Below, in pieces: positions 57,301 to 64,000 of a stretch of DNA of 64,000 nt. Source of the DNA: Leucoraja erinacea (Eukaryota); the NCBI RefSeq assembly GCF_028641065.1, contig NC_073415.1, positions 8,804,001 through 8,868,000 on the forward strand, read 5' to 3'. Each line of letters opens with the position of its first letter. The stretch's first letter is position 1. The position numbers were made by a program, and so were the translations under genes. The notes under the pieces were generated by a model. That model saw only the letters and a list, made by a program, of their open reading frames with translations, did no database searches and was not told the DNA's origin.

Positions 57301-60300
57301 TGGTGGAGTCAATGCTATTGGACTTGTACTTGGTTATGGTTCTACAGGCACCAGAATGGACCCATTACTAATGGTAAACCTAATCCAGTGGTTTAACTGG
57401 GGGAGGGTATAGAGTCTACGGTCACCTAAATTACACATCTTGTCCAATGGATAATAACTGTGGCTGGATTCTTGCCCATTAATCATTTCAGTTTAGCTTA
57501 TTGTCACTGTCCCAAGGTACAGCAAAAAGCTTTTGTGCCCCCACTGATCTTGAGTTGGAGGTGCCCTAATGGATATTGGCATAAAGGAGCTTAAATCCCT
57601 CTGAGCTTTGATAAGAATAGTAAATCTAGTTTGTCAGAGAGCCTCTGTTTTGGCCTGGTTCACCTCTCGTGTATTTCTGTCGCAAGTTCTTCGGTATGGT
57701 TGTTGGTATCTGTTGATTGCCCCTGGTTTTCTGCTTGTTGGGTCGGGTCTTGTGAATTGGTTGGGTTCGAGCACAGCTCCTTCTTCCAGTCTTCAATCTT
57801 TCTGTCTATCATCAGGTTAATCCTGTCCTCTTCGATGTTGCTACACATGCTCAGTCTCCTCACCTCCGCTGCGAAAGGAACAAAGGGTTCACCGGTGTGG
57901 TGGGAGCAGCCACGCTCCCTGTCCGTGCTAAAGGGAGTTGGTTTCTAGGAGGGTTGATCTCTGGGTAAGTGCTCAGGTTAGGGTGCATTATAACAATGTA
58001 ATCTCCGCATGAATCTTGTCCCTACGGGTGTTGGAGGCTAGAATTCAGTGAACGGGAAGGTTTATTGTTAATTGTCCCATGTACTGAGGTACAGTGAAAA
58101 GCTGCGTGCTAACCAGTCAGCGGAAAGACAATACATGATTACAATCGAGCCATTCACAGTGTACAGATACATGATATGGGAATAATGTTCAGTGCAAGGT
58201 AAAGTCCGATCAAAGATGGCCCAAGGGTCACCAATGAGGTAGATAATAACTCAGGACTGCTCTCTAGCTGTTGGTAGGATGATTCAGCTGCTGGACAACA
58301 GCTGATGTGGGATTAGGATGTGGAATGAAACTGGGGCAGATTACCTTGGGCATCTAACAGAGCACCATCCCTGCATCTGCTGCCCACTGGAGATGCTCCC
58401 ACCCACCCACCTCGCCTGCACCACAAACATTCCCCAGAGACCCTTCCCCCCCCACCACCGTACCTACCCTCTAGTAGTCGGATCTGCTGCTGATGGTGGC
58501 TTCGTTCCTTCGCCAGGAGGCTCACAGTCTGATTCAAGGATTCAATGGTCTAGGAATGAAGTGAAGCGTGAGAACAGGAGCAGGAACAGAGTGGCACCAT
58601 TTCCAATCACAACACACTACCATGGCTATCACAGTTACACGTGGCACATGGACAAATGTGACAGAGCACAATGTTAGCGATATGTGGAGGGTGATGTCGA
58701 AGTGGAGAAGATGGCTGATGTGAGCTTAGGTGATATCAAATAACACTGGCACAGATGCTGACAGATTGCAGCAACTATCTTTCAGATGTTGAGAAAGGTC
58801 TCGACCCGAATCGTTGCCCATTCCTTCTCTCCAGAGATGCTGCCTCACCCGCTGAGTTACTCCAGCATTTTGTGTATCCCATCCATTTAAACTACCATCT
58901 GCAGTTCTTTCTTACACATTCTTTTTTGTTGCTGCTATTCTTAGCTACACAAGGAAATGGCTTATCTGTTCCAGCTTATATGTTCTATATGTCCCAGAAA
59001 GAAATATGTAGAGAGGAACTGCAGATGCTGGTTTAAACAAAAGTTGGCACAAAATGCTGGAGTAACTCAGCGGGACAGGCAGCATCTCCATCAGTCTGAA
59101 GAAGGGTCTTGACACGAAATGTCACCCATTCCTTCTCTCCAGAGATGCTGCCTGACCCGCTGAGTTACTCCAACATGTACTTTCTACAGGTACACAAAAA
59201 AGCTGGAGAAACTCAGCGGGTGCAGCAGCATCTATGGAGCGAAGGAAATAGGCAACGTTTCGGGCCGAAACCCTTCTTCAGACTTTCTACTTTCTACATA
59301 TTGCCAGTTGTGATGAAGGCTGATCAGAATGTTTCTCGCCCCACCCATGCTGGCCGAACTGCTGAGCATTTCCAGCATGTCAATAGACAATAGGTGGAGG
59401 AGTAGGCCATTTGGCCCTTTGAGCCAGCACAATGTGATCATGGCTGATCATCCCCAATCAGTACCCCGTTCCTGCCTTCTCCCCATATTCCCTCCCTTTA
59501 AGAGCCCTATCTAGCTCTCTTTTGAAAGCATGTCCTCTTTATTTTAGCTTCAGATTGCAATGGGAGAGAGAATAAGTGAAGAAATCACAGAAGTAAAACT
59601 GTGCCTGAGCCATACTCGAGTTTGGACTTCAATGTGGAACTTGATGACCTCGAGCTCATCTATCAGGTGCTTGCTCTCTGGCGAAGATCCCGCCTGGGTG
59701 TCACTGAAGCTCCGCACCTTGTTAAATGCAGTGTCTGCAACACAGGAGAGGTTCGTCAGACCTGCTGATCAAGTGATGTCTGTTTTGTTAATCTGTGCTA
59801 GTGAACTGGATGTTTTGAGTTTAAATATTAACGTGTCCCCACCTTTCTGGTGACAACCGCCAAACTTCAACGTCTGCTGCAAGGGAACAAAATAATATCA
59901 GTGACTCAAAACCAACTTGCAGGTGAGCTTGTGATTGACAGCCCCATTGTCTACACTAGACTGGTGCTCTCCTCACAAAGCCTAGCGCAATTAATTAGCA
60001 GCGATCGCTTGATCCCTTTACACCAATGTTATAGAGTCTTACAGTGTAGAAACAGGCCCTTCCGCCCAACTTGCCCACACTGGCCAACATATCCCATCTA
60101 CACAAGTCCCACCTGCCTGCATTTGGCCCATATCCCTCCAAACCTGTCCCATCCATGTCCAAATGTTTCTTAAACATTGTGATAGTACCTGCTTCACTTC
60201 TTCCCCCAGCATTCACCCACCAGCCTTTGTGTGGAAAATGTTACCTCTCAGCTTCCTATAAAATCTTTCTTCCATCCCCTTAAACCTATGTCATGTGGCT

Positions 60301-61227
60301 ATTGATTCCCCTACTCTGGGCAAGAGGGTGAACCTACCCGATCTATTCCTCTCCAGATTTATACCTGATCATGCTGTACATTTTGTACATTCGTCTCATG
60401 ATGTTGTTCCTACTTGCCAAGTAACTTATGCTGTTGTTCAACTCGGTAGATCAGGAGTTTCAGATTTACATCCCTTCTGGTCAGTGCACTGTAGGTTAAT
60501 AGTGTTCCTCTACCAGGAGACACTGGGTAAAATGTATGAAGAAGGGTCTCGACCCGAAGCGTCACCCATTCCTTCTCTCCAGAGATGCTGCCCGTCCCGC
60601 CGAGTTACTCCAGCATGTTGCTGCCAGGGCTCCACCATTGGCGGCCACATGTATTTCCAGCACTGTGCGGCTCCATTTAGATCAAAACCACCCCCAGTTA
60701 AGCCACTTGTGTCTGGGGAAGCACAGGTATGACACAGCACCCACCCCCCAGGAAGTAACTAGAGTGACTCAGCTGACTGATCTGCGGGGTTTTGCCCAGC
60801 GATTTGTTTTTATTCCCTTAATCAGAACCTAGTTTCAATGAAAACCCAAGATAGTCTATTTTAGATAAGTTAATTTTAAAGTTGTATGTATTTATTCTGT
60901 TTTTATTAACTGCACTGACAGGAACTGATTGAGAAACAATTTTTAGTTTCCTCTGTGTATGTAAGTACTCAGTGAAAATGACATTAAAGTAAATACTGAA
61001 TAGGCACAAAATGCTGGAGTAACTCAGCGGGACAGGCAGCATCTCTGGAGAGATGGAATGGGTGACGTTTCGGGTCGAGACCCTTCTATGAAAAAGCCAT
61101 CGAGCTGAGCTTGTAATTCTGTTTCTCTCCCACACGATGGACATGTGGATATAAGCACGTTACCTACCATTGTATCCCCATCATTGTCGGAGACTATCCG
61201 AGACATGAGAGAAATATCGGCATTCAT
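51343..61227 (-). CDS. CCDC159: Coiled-coil domain-containing protein 159-like (~305 aa); last two exons tentative
   Basis: Minus-strand phase-consistent exons: 61227-61164 (ATG; acceptor 61244), 59734-59616, 58549-58468, 57868-57664, 56059-55992, 55837-55761, 55490-55417, 54475-54390, 53736-53669, and tentatively 52412-52353 and 51357-51343 (TAA; AATAAA at 51237-51232). Peptides SPESKHLIDELEVIKFHIEVQTRTIESLNQTVSLLAKE..QQQIRLLE, EIHESKKFLWEECESL and QEDDLLSSL align with recalled human CCDC159 (ELESLKSQLQAQTKAFEFLNHSVTMLEKE, EIRDSKKFLWEELELV, QEDEISENL). Confidence 0.8.
52895..53620 (+). mobile_element. RTE-clade LINE 3' fragment, interrupted by a MITE
   Basis: FNMLRKIWSSKHISIDTKIRIFNSHVKRVMLYGSET*K...LRRILNIWW / SNVDLWKRTSQEPIDLQIRRRKWSWIGHIHRK..ITRQARKWNPQGKRKSGRPRNSW; 3' stem-loop at 53580-53608. 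Confidence 0.85.
53115..53297. mobile_element. Non-autonomous DNA transposon (MITE, possibly PIF/Harbinger-like)
   Basis: 27-bp TIRs, AGGGCCTGTCCCACCTGGGCATCATTT versus the reverse complement AGGGCCTGTCTCACTTGGGCGTCATTT (24/27), inserted in the RTE ORF. Confidence 0.8.
54855..55300 (-). mobile_element. CR1-type LINE 3' fragment
   Basis: ORF 54778-55197(-) SRTRGHSLGIKG..MRRNVFSQRVVNLWNSLP. Confidence 0.85.
56225..56482 (+). mobile_element. CR1-type LINE 3' end
   Basis: RKHFFSQRVVSLWNSLP plus the 3' UTR gaagggccgaatggcctactcctgcacctattgtcta. Confidence 0.85.
59189..59287 (-). mobile_element. Penelope-derived family B solo unit with 11-bp TSD, sense to CCDC159
   Basis: TACTTTCTACA at 59178-59188 and 59288-59298; intact core at 59281-59254(-). 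Confidence 0.8.
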
Positions 61228-61574
61228 CTTTCCAATTTATTAAACTGCAAAACAAAGCACAAAGATCCATTCAATCTTTCCCCGCCACAGGTAACTCCAA
61301 ACACTGCTGCTGCCTGGTGCTTTCAAGCAATCGCACTAATTTAAAAGCACATCACTGCCCACGCCAGCATTTATTGCCATCCCTAGTTGGCCTTTCACTG
61401 AGTGGCGAGGCTATTTCGCTAGGCAGCCAAATAAGGATGGCTGATTTTCTTCATTAGGAACGATGTCAAAAGTGATGGCAAGAAAGTAGGAGATTGAGCA
61501 AAAAAAAAAATCAGCCAGGATTGAACAGCGGAGTGGACTCATTCGGCTTTTTAGTTTCATCTAGATTTTTTTTA

Positions 61575-61855
61575 CAGTAGCAGTGTGGAAACAGGCCCTT
61601 CGGCCCACCGATTCTGTGCCGACCATCGATCCCCGCACACTAATACTATCCTACACACACTTGGGACAATTTACAATTTTTACCGAAGTCAATTGGCCGA
61701 CAAACCTGCATGTCTTTGGAGTGTGGGAAGAAACCGGAGCACCCAGAGAAAACCCACACAATCACGGGGAGAACATACAGACACCACCTGTAGTCAGGAT
61801 CGAGCCTGGGTCTCTGGCGCTGCAAGGCAGCAACTGTACCGCTGCGCCACTGTGA
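61575..61855 (-). mobile_element. HE1-like V-SINE
   Basis: Reverse-complement copy with tRNA head at about 61855. Confidence 0.8.
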
Positions 61856-62644
61856 CGCTCCTCGGTCTTATGGTCTTAGTTCCTCTCCCAAAAGACATCA
61901 GTGAAATGGGTGGATTTTTTAAATGATTTCCAATATTTCTTTGCATTCCCCAGCTACTGACAAACAATTTGATATCAGTGCCCTCTGCCATTAGTCCAGG
62001 TTTCTGGATTGCTAGTGCCAGTATTATTACTTCTAAACTTCTGTACATCTTAGTGCAGAAACTTTGATAAATGAGTCTTCACAACATCGGATTGATCTTT
62101 TTTAACAATCCGGTGAAGTGGTCCTTGCAATATGGATTGAAATGTCTTCCTAGATAGTTACCGGAGATTGTTGAGGCTGGGGCTATCGCAATGTTTAAGA
62201 AACATTTAAACATGTACATGAATAGGACAGGTTTAGAAAGATATGGACCAAACGCAGTAAGGTGGGACTAGTATAGATGGGACATGTTGGTCGGTGTGGG
62301 CAAGTTGGGCCGAAGGGCCTGTGCCCACACTGTATCACTCTAATAATCTAAACCAACATTCCCAGTGCAGTACTGAAGGAGTTCTGCATCATACACCTGT
62401 GCCCTGTACTAATTTAGACACAAAATGCTGGAGTAACTCAGCAGGACAGGCAGTATCTCTGGAGAGAAGGAATGGGTGACGTTTCGGGTCGAGACTCTTC
62501 TTCAGATTGAAAGTCACGGGCAAGGGAAATGGGATATAGACGATAATGCAGAGAGATATAGATCAATGAATGAAAGATATGCAAAAAACTTATTTAATGC
62601 AAAAATCTTTCCACCCTCGTTCTGTTTAACGTATATAATTTATA

Positions 62645-62985
62645 GTTACAGAGTGATACTGTGGAAACAGGCCCTTCGGCCCAACTTGCCCACACAGGCC
62701 AACATGCCCATCTACACTAGACCCACCTGCCTGCACTTGGTCCATATCCCTTCAAACTTGTCCTATCCATGTACCTACCTGTTACTTAAATGTTGGGATA
62801 GTCCCAGCCTCCACTACCTCCTCTGGCAGCTTGTTCCATACACCCTTCACCCTTTGTGTGAAAAAGTTACCCTTCAGATTCCTATTAAATCTTTTCTCCC
62901 TCACCTTGAAACTACGTCCTCTGGTGCTCGATTCCCCTACAAGAGATGCATCTGTCATCTACAGATCTATTCCGCTCATGATTTT
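62645..62985 (-). mobile_element. CR1-type LINE 3' fragment (related copies at 60030-60360, 62160-62340, 49240-49450, 24060-24220)
   Basis: Tail ggaaacaggcccttcggcccaacttgcccacac..acatgccccatctacactag. Confidence 0.8.
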
Positions 62986-63078
62986 GTACGAATATAATTT
63001 AGGATCTAATTATAAATTTAGGATTATAAATTGCTGCCTTGCAACTCCTTGTAATTCAGGATCTAAAATTGTACTTAC

Positions 63079-63450
63079 CTGTATTAACCATATACACACA
63101 CACACACACAAACACACAGACACACACACACACCAGGCTTCAGGTTGTATGACTGGACACAGGAGCCTGACGTTGCTGCCGCCCCTTTTGTTACACATCA
63201 GCTTTTGCAACATCAACCTGTCACTCAATACGGGGGCGGGATCACCGCGAGCCCCGCCCTCCGCCCTCTGATTGGCTGAGCCCGCGGGAATACGCGTCAT
63301 ACCTCGACTTGATTGGTCGGCTGGCCTGTCCGTCAGCGGCGGCAGGAGCAGAGCGGGCCTGCGCTCCAGGCCAGGTAAGTGATAGCAGCTGCTAGAGCGG
63401 CTGAACGGCCGCCTGGGCCGCCAGCACTGCGTGGCTCCATTGGCTGAGCC
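63079..63450. promoter_or_regulatory. Bidirectional CpG promoter: non-coding exon 1 of CCDC159 (-, donor at 63079) and first exon of an unidentified + strand gene (donor CAG|GTAAGT at 63374/63375)
   Basis: GC boxes, three ATTGG boxes and a CRE-like CGTCA; perfect CAG|GTAAGT donors facing outward on both strands. Confidence 0.7.
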
Positions 63451-64000
63451 CCCGTCTTCAATTTAATCCTCTCAAATCCACCTCCCATCCTCAGTTTATC
63501 CTCTTGCTTCACTAAGTAGACAAGTAAAGTCTACTTTAAAGGGGAAGCACTCCTTTGACAGGGCCAACACCCGTAAAAGGCTCTTCGGCCCGTCAGCTCC
63601 ATGCTAGCCCCCACCCCCTCCAATGGTGGGGTGGGGGAACAATCCCATCATTTCTATTTCCAGAAATAGACTCAACAAAGGGTGTAGGGGGTTACAGGAT
63701 AATGGGGGTCAGGAGGAGGGAGAGATAGATTAGCCGCGATTGAATGGCGGAGTAGACTTGATGGGCCGAATGGCCTAATTCAGGTCGTATCACATGAGCA
63801 TCTCTGGAGAAAAAAGTAATGGATGACTTTTCAGGTCGAGACTTCTTCAGACAGAGTCAGGGCAGAGGGAGACTAGAGATATGGAAGGGTAAGGTGTGAA
63901 AACGACAGATCAAAGCCCTTTGTGTACTGCCGAGGTGACGTCTGCTGTATGATTTTACCAGATTGTGTGCGATGACAAAGGATTTCACTGTACCTGTGAC

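Noticed and set aside
60362-60490. Possible extra minus-strand CCDC159 exon (acceptor and donor present)
   Set aside because: Stops in all three frames, and the neighbouring exons already join in phase.

Overview
Vertebrate genomic DNA, most likely a cartilaginous fish (skate or ray). This is inferred from HE1-type V-SINEs, HER1/CR1 LINE ends and Penelope-like repeats. Five spliced genes were assembled by hand from GT-AG boundaries with consistent reading phase: the 3' part of RAVER1 (+, 10 exons, stop at 7833), FDX2 (+, 5 exons, 179 aa), FBXL12 (+, 3 exons, 331 aa), ATG4D (+, 10 coding exons, 501 or 524 aa) and a CCDC159-like coiled-coil gene (-, about 11 small coding exons, largely missed by the ORF track). 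A divergent CpG promoter at about 63.2 kb also starts an unidentified + strand gene. Introns and intergenic DNA are full of CR1, Rex1/Babar, RTE, V-SINE and Penelope-derived fragments. The most striking non-genic signal is a high-copy ~100-bp Penelope-derived unit carrying a minimal hammerhead-ribozyme core (CTGAAGA-stem-GAAACGT[C/T]). It occurs as young solo insertions with 11-16 bp target-site duplications and as foldback palindromes, one of them in the probable ATG4D 3' UTR. Other highlights are three paralogous symmetric exons in RAVER1, an ATF4-like uORF layout and in-frame tandem acceptors in ATG4D, and a GC minisatellite open in frame with the FBXL12 start. No database searches or folding programs were run; gene names come from recalled protein similarity.
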